Source: Mustelus asterias
Taxonomy: Eukaryota
Assembly: GCF_964213995.1 (NCBI RefSeq)
Contig: NC_135805.1
Coordinates: forward strand, 45,198,001-45,262,000
DNA: 64,000 nucleotides
Direction of reading: 5' to 3'
Made by a program: the position numbers and the translations under genes. Below, piece after piece: positions 24,890 to 37,671 of the stretch. The notes beneath the pieces were generated by a model. The model was given only the letters and a program-made list of their open reading frames with translations. It did not search any database and had not been told where the DNA came from. Positions within the stretch are counted from its first letter, which is position 1; every line of letters begins with the position of its first letter.

Positions 24890-25085
24890 TCTCACCACTG
24901 AGTCAGAAAGTTGTGAATTCAAGCCCGGTTGAAGGACTTCATAGTGAAATTGGGCCTGACACTTTGGTGCAGCATTGTGGAAGTGTGGGTTTCAGATGAG
25001 TCATTAAATCAAGGCCTTTAAGGTGGATATAAAGATTGCGCAACAGTATTAGAAGAAGAGCAGGGAGTTCCTTGAATTTAATATG
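24890..25085 (+). mobile_element. Old Deu-domain SINE fragment (SacSINE1-like)
   Basis: TTTCAGATGAGTCATTAAATCAAGGCC...GAAGAAGAGCAGGGAGTT resembles the Deu domain and is homologous to 40560-40832. Confidence 0.55.
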
Positions 25086-25133
25086 TTGAGGCTTGCACCC
25101 TCATGACCTCACATTTCTTATCTCTGTAAACCC

Positions 25134-25430
25134 TGGTGGCACAGTGGTTAGCCACTGCTGCCTCACAATGCCAGGGAACCGGGTTCGATTCCCGGCTTGG
25201 GGCGCTGTCTGTGTGGAAACTGCACGTTCTCCCCGTGTCTGCGTGGGTTTCCTCTGGGTGCTCTGGTTTTCTCCCGCAGTCCGAAAGACGTGCTGGTTAG
25301 GTGCATTAGCCATGCTAAAATTCTCCTTCAGTGTACCCAAGCAGGCGCTGGAGTGTGGCGACTAGGGGATTTTCACAGTAACTTCATTACAGTATTCATG
25401 TAAGCCTACTTGTGACAATAGTAAATAAAC
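25134..25430 (+). mobile_element. V-SINE, tail B
   Basis: Head and core followed by GGCGACTAGGGGATTTTCACAGTAACTTC...GTGACAATAGTAAATAAA. Confidence 0.88.
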
Positions 25431-25434
25431 CCCT

Positions 25435-25745
25435 GACAACTCTCCATTTCGTCAACTGGCCATCCTCTGCATTCCTCACTCCCTTTGTTCTGCAACTGAG
25501 GCCATGGTTTCAACCCCCCAGACCCCATGTGCCGGAAGTCTCGTCCTAAATCCATTCACCTACACACTTCATCTCCTTCTTTCAGACCCTCCTTAGAAGC
25601 CAACTTTTTGAACCAGCTTACGTTCACCCATCCGAACATCAGCTTTAACTTGGGATCCGTTTTTGTCCTATTATAGCTCAGTGAAGCGCCAAGTGCTGAT
25701 TTTCTACATTAAAATACACTTTATAAATTGGAAGTTTTGCTCTTG
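25435..25745 (+). mobile_element. Old L2 LINE 3' end
   Basis: Ends GTGAAGCGCC...TTTCTACATTAAAATACACTTTATAAAT, resembling fish L2 3' tails. Confidence 0.5.
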
Positions 25746-26147
25746 TAATTAAAGTGACTTCAGTCTGCATAACAATTGAGTGCCTCCTTTCATCTCAGTG
25801 TTACCACAGAGAAACACCATAGCTCCCATTCTTTTGGATTGGTTTGTTAAATGGGTGTCAATCATTGTACAGATTATTTAATACACTCGTGTAAACTTGG
25901 ACATAATAATTCTTACAAAATATAAGATTCCTTCAACTATGCAATGAGAAGCCTTTAAGTAGCCAATGAAAGCAAATAAAGTGATCAAAACGCCTCAGCA
26001 ATAATGTTTCCAGGTCCATGAATAGTATGTACCATGCCTTTGATGAAATCTCATTATCGTGCACAATGGATTAGAGATGAGAATAAAGAACAGAGAAATT
26101 CAGTGATGATGCCCTCTGAGTTCTTGTAGAGGCAAAGGTTTAATGTT

Positions 26148-26412
26148 TAAAGTCTATTTATTAGTGTCACAAGTAGGCTTACATTAACACTGCAATGAAG
26201 TTACTGTGAAAAGCTCCTAGTCGCCACACCCTGGCGCCTGTTCGGGTACACTGAGGGAGAATTTGGCATGGCCAATGCACCTAACCAGCACATCTTTCGG
26301 ACTGTGAGAGGAAACCAGAACACCCGGAGGAAACCCACGCAGACACGGGGAGAACGTGCAGACTCCGCACAGACAGTCACCAAAGCCGGGAATCAAACCC
26401 GGGTCCCTGGCA
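26148..26412 (-). mobile_element. V-SINE, tail B
   Basis: Tail B plus V core; the head is truncated. Confidence 0.88.
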
Positions 26413-27026
26413 AGTTAGTGTCCACAGGGTAAAGGATAGATGAGTAGCAAACTGAAATGGGAGAAGATTACAGAGAGGGTCAACACAGTGTTATAAGCTT
26501 GTTGCTTTAGTACTGACTGTGTCTGAACTTGGGAGAAATGCAGAGGTAAGCAAAGAAGTATTTTCATTATGCTGTGCATTGATAGGATTAGATGTAGCAC
26601 CTGGCCCTGATCTCTTCCTCAGTTCTGCCGTTTCAACAATATTTCACATTAAATTAGTGGCTGAACTATTCCATGCCTTACCTTGAAAGGAAACAATGAA
26701 GATTAATGAAAAATTTAAATGGAGTCTCCATAGGGATAGGCTTCAAATCCTCATGTGCTACAGAAATATATTTAAAGAGCTATGTACTGTGACAGTAATT
26801 AACATGTCTTAATGTCTACATGCTACCATGGGGACAAAAGCAATAAAGACAAATGTGAATGTGTTAGATTGGGCAGAGACTCTTGCATATTCCTATCGTG
26901 GATTCCAAGCATTTGTGCCTCATCCCATTTTCTATCAAAATCAGAAAAAATGCCCTAATTTGGAAGCATTAGAAAAATACACTTAACATTTAAAAGAAAA
27001 TATACATTGAAGAAGGATATGATTGA

Positions 27027-27682
27027 CATAGGAACATAAGAACTAGGAGCAGGAGTATACAATTCAGCCCCTCGAGCCTGCTCCATTCAATGGCTGATCT
27101 CATCTCAACCTCATGTCCACCTCTTTGCTCACTCCCCATAACCCTTCATCCCGCTACTAATTAGAAAAAATTCCTCCTCAAATTTGTTTCGTGTTCCAGC
27201 GTCCACTGTATTCTGGGGTAGAGAATTCCGTAGATTCACCATCCTTTGAGTGAAGTGATTCCTCCTCATTTCTGTTTTGAATCTACCACCTCTTAGCTTA
27301 AAACTATGGCCTCTCATTCTGGAATGCCCAACAAGGGAAAGACCTGCTCCACGTCTACCCTGCCAAACCTGTTTAACATCTGATGTACCTCAATTAGATC
27401 TCTGCTCATTCTTCTAAACTCGAGCGAGCGTAGGCCTAAGGTGTCCAAAATTCCCAAGTCGCCATCCTCCGGCACCTGTTCACATACACTGAAGGAGAGT
27501 TTAGCATGACCAATGCAACTAACCAGCATGTTTCAGACTGTGGGAGGAAACCAGAGCACCCGGAGGAAACCCACACAGAAACAGGGAGAACTTGCAGACT
27601 CTGCACAGTGACCCAAGCCGGGAATTGGACCCAGGCCCCTATCACTAAGGCAGCAGTGCTAACCACTGTGTCACCATGCTGC
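27027..27682 (-). mobile_element. CR1 3' end (27027-27445) abutting a V-SINE (27450-27682)
   Basis: ORF 27129-27317 reads MRGHSFKLRGGRFKTEMRR. The SINE core and head follow. Confidence 0.85.
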
Positions 27683-27825
27683 CCATGCCACCCAAACAGC
27701 CTGGTAACAAAATGCTATTTTACCTCTTATGTAAAGATGAGAACCCAAGGAATGGTAAACTAGTCAATCACACAGGGAAACAGGGCCACTGCGCTAAGAA
27801 CCTTCTCCCTTATATTAGCATTTAA

Positions 27826-28100
27826 AACTTAAAAGTTTATTTATTAGTGTCACAAGTAGGCTTACATTAACACTGCAATGAAGTTACTGTGAAAATCCCC
27901 TAGTCGCCGCACTCCAGCGCCTGTTCGGGTACACTGAAGGAGAATTTAGCATGACTAATGCACCTAATGCACGTCTTTCAGACTGTGGGAGGAAACCAGA
28001 GCACCCGGAGGAAACACGGGGAGAATGTGCAGATTCCGCACAGACAGGACCCAAGCCGGCAATCAAACCTGGGACCTGAGAGCTGTGAGGCAGCAGTGCT
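27826..28100 (-). mobile_element. V-SINE, tail B
   Basis: Tail B plus a partly deleted core. Confidence 0.85.
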
Positions 28101-28377
28101 ATTCAGACACAGATGAATAACACAGCTCCATAAAATAACAACTACGGCAAATAAAAATTTACAGCTGCACACCCTTTAGAAGTCAGCATTGAGTTTGAGG
28201 AGGGTTTGCAAGATAAAGCATGAAACATGGACGAGCAAAGGACTTAACTGGTGTTTAAAGAAGGTTATGCTGATAGCAGTCAGATATCCTACATATCGCT
28301 GATGAATTGTCCCAGGATTAAATCATCATGAGGGTAGTTTTCAAACAAAGGTTTTTACCTAGGCATGGAACTGTTTT

Positions 28378-28650
28378 GTTTGTTTATTAGTGTCACAAGT
28401 AGGTTTACATTAGCACTGCAATGAGGTCACTGTCAAAATCCCCCAGTTGCCACACTCCGGCGCCTGTTCGGGTACATTGAGGGAGAATTTAACATGGCCA
28501 ATGCACCTAACCAGCACTTCTTTCGAACTGTGGGAGGAAACCTGAGCACCCAGAGGAAACCCACACAGACACAGGGAGAATATGCAAACTCCCGGGAATT
28601 AAACCCGGGTCCCTGGCGCTGTGAGGCAGCAGTGCTAACCACTGTGCCAC
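28378..28650 (-). mobile_element. V-SINE, tail B
   Basis: Tail B, core and head are present. Confidence 0.85.
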
Positions 28651-28799
28651 TGGTGTGCCTGTTACTGAAATCTTTACATCAAATTGGACAGTTATGGCTA
28701 GTTTGAGGCTATTAACCATTTAGATAGATGTAATCATCACAGAATTGGTTAATGGCTTATACTGTAGCGCTGACCTCAGTGATGCAGAAGGAAGACATG

Positions 28800-29670
28800 G
28801 GCTGAATTCTACCCTTCCCCAGGGGCAAATTGGCTGGTTGGCGGGGTTTTTAAAAATAAATTTATAGGATGCGGGTGTCGCTGACTAGGCCAGCATTTAT
28901 TGTCTATCCCTAACTGCCCTCCATTATGGGGCATTTGAGAGTGATCCACATTGGATGAACCAGATGGGTTTTTACGACAATCGACAATGGTTTCATGGTC
29001 ATCATTAGAATTCTAGTTCCAGATTTTTTATTATATTCAAATTTCACCATCAACTATGATGGGATTTAAACCCAGAGCCCCAGATCTTGCCCTGGGCCTC
29101 TAGACCACTGACAATATCATTACACCTACTCGCCTGAGCTGCTGAAATTTTGCTTGTGGAATGGGAATATTCCACTGCAGAGTTTTGCTGAAAATTGTCC
29201 CCATGGTGGGCAGAGGCTGGCACCAATTGTGAATCCAGGCGGCTCTCACTACTCAGGCTGGTGGCAGGCAAGGTTACCTCCATTACAGGCTCAGGCTCCC
29301 TGGTCCCATCAGAGGCCTTCCAACCCCTGTCCACCCCAATGCAAAATATCCCCACAGTTCCCATTATCTGCCCCCTCCCCCAGGCCTCCTGGCCTCTCCA
29401 TCCCCTGAGTCTAATCCTAACGATAATCTCCTCACTCCCCAATTTACCTCCGGCTTCAGTGACAATTGCTGCAGGGAACTGAACGAAGCTCCCGATGGCA
29501 CAAGTGGGACCAGCCTCTGATATCCAGGTAGCTCCCAGACGTAGGAATTCTTCTCCAGATGGGGGCCTGAAGTCTCGCCTCCAACCACTTAATGGCACAG
29601 CATAGGCAGACTCACCCCCAAACATCTACACCGGGGGAGTGGGCATCCTGGCTGAGCATAAGATTCCACC
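28800..29670. mobile_element. Harbinger-type MITE interrupted by a type C SINE (about 28866-29130, minus)
   Basis: Starts GGGCTGAATTCTAC and ends ATAAGATTCCACC. The SINE C body is recognisable inside. Confidence 0.5.
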
Positions 29671-30069
29671 AATACTTGGCACCAACTCCAGTTTGGTGTA
29701 TCCCAGGAAATTTATTTGACATGATATATATACGGTGCAGGAGATATAATACAGGTTAACCTTGTCTTCTTACAAGGACTTGAACTCAATTTAAATACAG
29801 TAATTGCATCTTCTTTCATTAGAGCCAATGCCCAGTTTTCTGTGAATTGCAGAAAACATATCACATAAATTGCATACTAAATTGTGCAAGTATCAACTTG
29901 AAAACAGTGAGGAATTTTTACTCCTTGGTCATTGCCTAGTGAGCACTGCTGAGCATATATGTGTGTTGATGTTGGGTAAATGGAGGATCAGGCTAACCTG
30001 TGAATACCTTACTGATCAATTACAATGCTGGCACTACAACACAGAATAGCCACTTGTATAAGTGTGTAG

Positions 30070-30408
30070 TTTAAAGTTTATTTATTAGTGTCATAAGTAT
30101 ATTAACACTGCAATGAAGTCACTGTGAAAATCCCCTGAAAGTCAACAAACTCCGGTGCCTGTTCATGTACACTGACGGAGAATTTAGTTTGGCTAATGCA
30201 CCTAACCAACACGTTTTTAGGACTGTGGGAGGAAACTGGAGCACCTGGAGGGAACCCACACCAGCGTGTCTTTCAGAGTGTGGGAGGAAACCCACGCAGA
30301 CATGGGGAGAATGTGCAGACTCCACACAGACAATGACCCACACCGGGAATCGAACCTGGGTCCCTGGTGCTGTGAGGCAGCAGTGCTAACCACTGTGCCA
30401 CTGTGCCG
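30070..30408 (-). mobile_element. V-SINE, tail B, with an internal duplication of part of the core
   Basis: TGTGGGAGGAAAC occurs twice (about 30224 and 30279). Confidence 0.85.
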
Positions 30409-32575
30409 CCTTCACCACATGGACTGCAGCGGTTCACAAAAGTGGTGGTCAGGGCAAACAGAAATGGACAATAAATGCTGGCTTCACCAGTGATACCAAG
30501 AATGAATAAAAGAGTCAACAACTTCAGGATTGGAGAAAAGAAAATGAAATGCCAAGTATTTCTATTCCAAAAAATAATAATAACACCCAAGTATAAGTGT
30601 CTTGTCGGAGCAAACTGATTGTGTTTATGAGAACTTTATTAGCAAATGTTTATGCTAAATGCTGTGATCAAAAACAGCCAGATGGTAAAAGTCTGTTAAT
30701 ACAAACCTTTTGAATGAGTGAGACATCCAAATCACTTCCACAGCAGGGGTAAGATGTGGAACAATTACAGGCAGTCTCCCCATGATTAATTCTCATTTGC
30801 CAGACAAGAAAATGTATGTTTCAGCTGAATTTGATTTTAAAATTATTCCATACATAAATCCCTGTTTACCCGTTTGAAGTATTGCCCTGAAAATCAAAGA
30901 GGACAGCAGATGAATCAAGCAAGTTATGTTTTTTTTATAAATTCTATATGGATATAAATTTAGATATCTCAAAAAGAACAGTGTCCTAATTAAAACAAGC
31001 TCCCCTGACTCCTCAATGGGGAACAGGACAGTTTGGTGTTAGGGTCTATTGGCTTCGATTCTTGGTCTATCTCAACATAGCCACTTTTTTTGGCATGTGG
31101 CCTTAGTGTCACTGCGTTAGAGAGGCTTAAAATTAGCCAGAGTTCCCATTCCATCAACCCTAATGGAATATGCTAGTTAAACAAATTATGGGTTGTAATA
31201 TCCTGACTAAATAAATCTCTGTTGCTGTATAATGTTATCAATCCTTTATTTAATATGACTAATTCCCTGATCAGTGCAGAAACAACCAATACTCCTGGAG
31301 GTGCCTCATCTTATTGATTTAACTAGAATAAATTCCCTGCGACATTTTTAAATGTGCACACAGAGCACTTTAACCTCTGGGGATGGGAAAACTGAGCTTA
31401 TCAGCTGCACTTAAAGACTCTGGGCGGGATTTTCCGGTCCTACCTGCCAGCAAGATCTTCCAGTCCTGCCGAAGGCGACCCCCAGTGGAGAGATCCCTGG
31501 ATGCCAGACAAGTGAGCCACACAAAATGCCGCAGACATCGGCATGGATGGGATATCCCGCAAGCCGTCTCTGCACTGGAAAACACACTGTGACAGAGACT
31601 TGATGGTGTTCAGTGTGATTTATACACCTCACAGAGTAGCCACGTGTTGTTCAATGGATCAAATGAACCTTATGTACAAAAGCACAGCCTCAGGTCTAAG
31701 AAACTCTCCCTTTCCCACAAAGGTGTTGAATGTTAAACATACCCCAGTTAACCAAAACCATCTCATCAGTCTTATGCTGTCAGGGGGAAGAGTTATCCCG
31801 TGCACAATATTAAGAAACTAGCCCTTATATATGGTACTGCCAATACTTGGTAATTCTGACTTTCAGTAAATAAAGCGTTGTTGTTTTGTCATTGTTACTT
31901 AGACACGTCTCAAGTGGGTATTTGGAACTTGTACCTTTGAACACAGTGGGATGCACGGTTCTGGTTAAAAAGGTTTGTGTTGACGTTTGAAAAGGTCAGC
32001 AATGTCACTGGACGCGGCAGCCTTTAGAGAAGGTTGAATGACAGGAAATAAGATCGCAAATCAGACTTTTCACTCAATGGCACATCTGCAAAGTAGGATG
32101 GCCTGAACTCCAATGGAATCACCCATTGCCCAAACAATATAACTGGGTCTGGATCCCACATCACCTGGGACTCGGTATTACAGAACACCCCAGTGGAAAT
32201 CTGAATCTTAAGTGGTATCAGGATTTTTGCTGCGACTAACCTACAGGTTCATTCATTTCTCCCAGGGTTGGGTGGATCTTTGTCACCTGTCTAAAGCAAG
32301 TGAAAAGTGAACGAAGCTGCTGCATCATTGGTCGGAAGCCAGCATTTAAATACTACTGGGGAGCTCCTTGCCACAGCTCACCTGTTATTGGAGCTGCAGT
32401 GCATCAGTCACTGAGTTGGATGCAGTGTGCCAGGCGTGGTCCGACCAGAAAACAATTCACATTGACCATATTTACCTCTAGTTTATATTCTATTCATTAG
32501 ACTAGGGTTTAACATTCAATTACAAGACCCAGGTGAGATTTTTAAAAAGTACAAGAGGTCCAGCATAAACATATT

Positions 32576-34717
32576 TTGCCATTGCCATGGGATAGGGCCG
32601 AACGGCAGGGCAAGGTTTACAATTGGGGGAGGGGTAATTATGATGCGATTAGGCAAGATTTAGGGGGCATAAGTTGGGAACAGAAACTGTCAGAGAAAGG
32701 AACTAATGAAAAGTGGAACTTTTTCAAGGAACAAATACTGGATGTCCTTGATAGGTATGTTCCTGTCAGGCAGGGAGGAAATGGCCGAGTGAGGGAACCA
32801 TGGTTCACAAAAGAGGTGGAATGTCTTGTGAAAAGGAAGAGGGAAGCTTATGTAGGGATGAGGAAACAAGGTTCAGATGGCTCGATTGAGCGTTACAAGT
32901 TAGCAAGGAATGAGCTGAAAAAGGGGCTTAGGAGAGCTAGGAGGGGACATGAGAAGTCCTTGGCGGGTCGGATCAAGGAAAACCCCAAGGCTTTTTACTC
33001 TTATGTGAGGAATAAAAGAATGACCAGGGTGAGGTTAGGGCCGGTCAAGGACAGTAGTGGGAACTTGTGTATGGAGTCAGTAGAGATAGGCGAGGTGATG
33101 AATGAATACTTTTCTTCAGTGTTCACCAAGGAGAGGGGCCATGTTTTTGAGGAAGAGAAGGTGTTACAGGCTAATAGGCTGGAGGAAATAGATGTTCGGA
33201 GGGAGGATGTCTTGGCAGTTTTGAATAAACTGAAGGTCGATAAGTCCCCTGGGCCTGATGAAATGTATCCTAGGATTCTGTGGGAGGCAAGGGATGAGAT
33301 TGCAGAGCCTTTGGCGTTGATCTTTGGGTCCTCACTGTCCACGGGGATGGTGCCAGAGGACTGGAGAATGGCGAATGTTGTTCCTCTGTTTAAGAAAGGG
33401 AATAGAAATGACCCTGGTAATTATAGACCGGTTAGTCTTACTTCGGTGGTTGGTAAATTGATGGAAAGGGTCCTTAGGGATGGGATTTATGACCATTTAG
33501 AAAGATGCGGATTAATCCGAGATAGTCAGCACGGATTCGTGAAGGGCAAGTCGTGCCTCACAAATTTGATAGAATTTTTTGAGGAGGTAACTAAGTGTGT
33601 TGATGAAGGTAGGGCAGTTGATGTCATATACATGGATTTTAGTAAGGCGTTTGATAAGGTCCCCCATGGTCGGCTTATGATGAAAGTGAGGAGGTGTGGG
33701 ATAGAGGGAAAGTTGGCCGATTGGATAGCTAACTGGCTGTCTGACCGAAGACAGAGGGTGGTGGTCGATGGAAAATTTTCGGATTGGAGGCAGGTTGCTA
33801 GCGGTGTGCCGCAGGGATCAGTGCTTGGTCCTCTGCTCTTTGTGATTTTTATTAATGACTTAGAGGAGGGGGCTGAAGGGTGGATCAGTAAATTTGCTGA
33901 TGACACCAAGATTGGTGGAGTAGTGGATGAGGTGGAGGGCTGTTGTAGGCTGCAAAGAGACATAGATAGGATGCAAAGCTGGGCTGAAAAATGGCAAATG
34001 GTGTTTAACCCTGATAAATGTGAGGTGATTCATTTTGGTAGGACAAATTTAAATGTGGATTACAGGGTCAAAGGTAGGGTTCTGAAGACTGTGGAGGAAC
34101 AGAGAGATCTTGGGGTCCATATCCACAGATCTCTAAAGGTTGCCAGTCAAGTGGGTAGAGCTGTGAAGAAGGCCTATAGTGTGTTAGCTTTTATTAACAG
34201 GGGGTTGGAGTTTAAGAGCCGTGGGGTTATGCTGCAACTGTACAGGACCTTGGTGAGACCACATTTGGAATATTGTGTGCAGTTCTGGTCACCTCACTAT
34301 AAGAAGGATGTGGAAGCGCTGGAAAGAGTGCAGAGGAGATTTACCAGGATGCTGCCTGGTTTGGAGGGTAGGTCATATGAGGAAAGGTTGAGGCAGCTAG
34401 GGCTGTTCTCTCTGGAGCGGAGGAGGCTGAGGGGAGACTTAATAGAGGTGTATAAAATGATGAAGGGGATAGATAGAGTGAACGTTCAAAGACTATTTCC
34501 TCGGGTGGATGGAGCTATTACAAGGGGGCATAACTACAGGGTTCGTGGTGGGAGATACAGGACGGATATCAGAGGTAGGTTCTTTACGCAGAGAGTGGTT
34601 GGGGTGTGGAATGGACTGCCTGCAGTGATAGTGGAGTCAGACACTTTAGAAACATTTAAGCGGTTATTGGATAGGCACATGGAGCACACCAGGATGATAG
34701 GGAGTGGGATAGCTTGA
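32576..34717 (+). CDS. CR1 LINE ORF2 fragment: linker, complete RT and C-terminus; endonuclease domain absent (5' truncation)
   Basis: 713 codons without a stop, with [39 protein letters not shown] and WNGLP. The listed start is a flanking TTG, not a true initiator, so it is probably not expressed. Confidence 0.9.
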   Translation: MPLPWDRAERQGKVYNWGRGNYDAIRQDLGGISWEQKLSEKGTNEKWNFFKEQILDVLDRYVPVRQGGNGRVREPWFTKEVECLVKRKREAYVGMRKQGSDGSIERYKLARNELKKGLRRARRGHEKSLAGRIKENPKAFYSYVRNKRMTRVRLGPVKDSSGNLCMESVEIGEVMNEYFSSVFTKERGHVFEEEKVLQANRLEEIDVRREDVLAVLNKLKVDKSPGPDEMYPRILWEARDEIAEPLALIFGSSLSTGMVPEDWRMANVVPLFKKGNRNDPGNYRPVSLTSVVGKLMERVLRDGIYDHLERCGLIRDSQHGFVKGKSCLTNLIEFFEEVTKCVDEGRAVDVIYMDFSKAFDKVPHGRLMMKVRRCGIEGKLADWIANWLSDRRQRVVVDGKFSDWRQVASGVPQGSVLGPLLFVIFINDLEEGAEGWISKFADDTKIGGVVDEVEGCCRLQRDIDRMQSWAEKWQMVFNPDKCEVIHFGRTNLNVDYRVKGRVLKTVEEQRDLGVHIHRSLKVASQVGRAVKKAYSVLAFINRGLEFKSRGVMLQLYRTLVRPHLEYCVQFWSPHYKKDVEALERVQRRFTRMLPGLEGRSYEERLRQLGLFSLERRRLRGDLIEVYKMMKGIDRVNVQRLFPRVDGAITRGHNYRVRGGRYRTDIRGRFFTQRVVGVWNGLPAVIVESDTLETFKRLLDRHMEHTRMIGSGIA

Positions 34718-34800
34718 TCTTGGTTTCAGATAAAGCTCGGCACAACATCGTGGGCCGAAGGGCCTGTTCTGTGCTGTACTGTTCTATGTTCTATGTTCTA
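32586..34800 (+). mobile_element. Young 5'-truncated CR1/HER1-type LINE
   Basis: Open ORF2, short 3' UTR (GGGCCGAAGGGCCTG) and the tail TGTTCTATGTTCTATGTTCTA. Confidence 0.96.
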
Positions 34801-35002
34801 TTGCATTATATGGTGAAAACTAGTTCCTCACTATGAATATAAGATCAAATAAAATAGGAGCAGTAATAGGCCATGTGGCCACTCGGGACTGTCTGACCAT
34901 TTAGTCAGGTCATTGCTGACCCTCTACTTGAGCTCCACTTTCCCCATCAGTCCCCATATTGCTTGATTTCATTACTGTTCAAAAATCTGTCAATCTCTGC
35001 TT

Positions 35003-36020
35003 TAAAAGTAAAAGTTTATTTATTAGTCACAAGTAGGCTTACATTCACACTGTGATGAAGTTACTGTGAAAATCCCCTAGTCGCCACACTCTGGCACCTG
35101 TTCGGGTACACTGAGGGTGAATTTAGTATGGCCAATCCACCTAACCAGCACATCTTTGGACTGTTATAGAACAGAGAACATAGAACATTACAGCGCAGTA
35201 CAGGCCCTTTGGTCCTCGATGTTGCGCCGACCAGTGGAACCAATCGAAAGCCCCTCTAATCTACACTATTCCAATATCATCCATATGTTTATCAAATAAC
35301 CATTTGAATGCTCTTAATGTTGACGAGTCCACTACTGCTGCAGGCAGGGTATTCCACGCCCTTACTACTCTCTGAGTAAAGAACCTACCTCTAACATCTG
35401 TCCTATATCTCTCACCCCTCAATTTAAAGCTATGTCCCTTCGTGCTAGCCTACACCATCCGAGGAAAAAGGCTCGCACTATCCACCCTATCTAATCCTCT
35501 GATCATCTTGTACGCCTCTATTAAGTCACCTCTTAACCTTCTTCTCTCTAACGAAAACAACCTCAAGCCCCTCAGCCTTTCCTCATACGATTTTCCCACC
35601 ATACCAGGCAACATCCTGGTAAATCTCCTCTGCACTCTTTCCAACACTTCCACATCTTTCCTATAATACGGCGACCAGAACTGTACGCAATACTCCAAAT
35701 GCGGCCGCACCAGAGTTTTGTATAGTTGCAGCATGACCTCCTGGCTCCGAAACTCAATCCCTCTACCAATAAAAGCTAACACACCGTACGCCTTCTTAAC
35801 AACCCTATCAACCTGGGTGCCAACTTTCAGGAATCTATGCACATGGACACCCAGATCCCTCTGTTCATCCAGGTTGGAGGAAACCAGAGCACCCGGAGGA
35901 AACCCACGCAGACATGGGGAGAACATGCAAACTCCACACACACAGTGGTCCAAGCCGGGAATCAAACCCGGGTCCCTGGTGCTGTGAGGCAGCAGTGCTA
36001 ACCACTGTGCCACCATGCCA
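35003..36020 (-). mobile_element. Tail-B V-SINE split by a CR1 3' fragment (35165-35872, minus)
   Basis: The SINE breaks at CATCTTTGGACTGT and resumes GGAGGAAACC at about 35876. The CR1 frame RDLGVHVH...LVRPHLEYC lies between. Confidence 0.9.
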
Positions 36021-36341
36021 CCCCCATGCGCCCCTGACTGAATACACACAGTTTGACTCAGCATTCACAACTCATTGAGGTGGAGAATTCCAAAGATTCA
36101 CAACCCTCTAAGTGAAGACATTTCTCCTCTTCACAGTTCAAAATGGCTGACCCCATGTCTTGAACGATACACATTGTTACAATGACCCTGGGTCTAATTT
36201 TCATTTGAGTGCTTAAACTCATATCATAATTGATGATTTTACATGTAGAGATAAACAAAGGAATCGGGAACTTTCTTCAGATTGTTCATTGTAAACAGAG
36301 ATAACTGATCCCACATGTCAAGAACATTTTCACTGAAGCTA

Positions 36342-37142
36342 TAGCCTGAATTTTTCAGGTGGTGGGGTTTTGTTTCCCACCATGTGAAGAGTCAGCGGGT
36401 AAGACATCCCTTGCCGCTTCCGACCATCCCGCAGCCAATCTACACTCCGATGAGCACTGATTGGCTGCCGACAGGACTTCCGCCTCTCACTCAGGAGGAA
36501 GTCACACCTTAAAGAACTGTTGACCAATCTGATTGGCCAGCAGCTCTGCAGCCACAGCACTGCAGTGGACAGAAGAGGAAGTTCAAGAAGGTGGTGGAAG
36601 CCCAGGAACCGGAAGCCTTGACAAGTCCTGGAGGTCCCAGGGTGAGGAGGGTAGGGAAGGTCTAGGCAGGCAGGACAAGTGCAATCAGAATCTTGGGGGA
36701 GAGGCCAGCAAGGAAGGTGATCTGAAGGCAACCGGACCTTATTGGGACACAGTATTACAGGACACACCAGTGGAATTTTGAATCGTAAGTGATCCTCACT
36801 TGAGATGTAACTTGACTGGATTTCAAGCTTGTCCCACAAGGTTCAATCTTCCCACCAGCATAACAATTGTGGGAAACAGCCCTTACGTGGCCATTAATTG
36901 GCTAGTTAAGGCCTTCAATTGGGGCAATGGTGGGCTTCCCATCCGAGGCCTTTTCTGCCCAGCATAAAATGACTGTGTGCTCGGGGCAAACGGGAATCTG
37001 GAGGGAATCTCATCCCTTTAATTTCACACCCCTCCCCACTTAAAAACCCGCTGGCATGCGAGCATAACATTCTGACCGATGAGATCAATCGTGAGAACAA
37101 CAGGATTTAAGAGGCCGGGCTTCAGAGGGTAAAATCCAGTGC
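36342..37142. mobile_element. Harbinger-type MITE
   Basis: Degenerate ends GCCTGAATTTTTC and GTAAAATCCAG. The 3' part resembles the fragment at 8020-8240. Confidence 0.5.
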
Positions 37143-37289
37143 CGGAAGGGAGAAGCTGAACAAGAGTAACTGAACTCGATGATAAAGCACTTGCAGTGAA
37201 ATTACTCGTGCAAAGAGAAGATTAAATTGAGTTACTCATCACTGAGATACAGAAGTTTCATAGAGAACAACAGCACCAGCTGGAAGTAT

Positions 37290-37392
37290 TTAAAATATAA
37301 ACTGTAAATGATGGATAGACATAGCAAGTCAGCATCTGCAATAGCAGAAAACAATTTATGATGTTTTGGCTTTGTACCTTCATCAGACCTGC
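37290..37392 (-). mobile_element. Old Penelope-type terminal fragment with a decayed hammerhead-like core
   Basis: The minus strand reads CTGATGA-A-GGT-ACAAA-GCC-AAAACATC, then CAGATGCTG. GAAA and CGTC appear CpG-mutated. Confidence 0.5.
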
Positions 37393-37671
37393 TGGCGTCA
37401 AGATAAACTTGCATTTTAATAAAGTTGGAAAAATAAGGGGAGGGAGCCAACAGATACACCAATCACAGGGAGTGAATTAATGAGTTCAATGAATTGCACA
37501 CTGCTCAATTGAAAAGACCAACATGAAAGAATGTTGGTATAATCTAACCCTCATAAATACAACTTTGCTTTAAAAAAAATGCTTCTAATTCCTCTGTCTT
37601 CTATGCGAGTAGGTGTTTCAGCTTTTTCCACGTGGAAAGGTAGCATTCTAGGAATAGCCATGCCAGATTTT

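Noticed and set aside
26676-26720. Possible recursive splice site on minus (pyrimidine tract, then AAG|GTAAGG)
   Set aside because: AAG is a weak acceptor, and there is no evidence for a minus-strand host transcript.
35450-36064. 204-aa ORF
   Set aside because: It is a chimera of a V-SINE head and core with the nested CR1 fragment.
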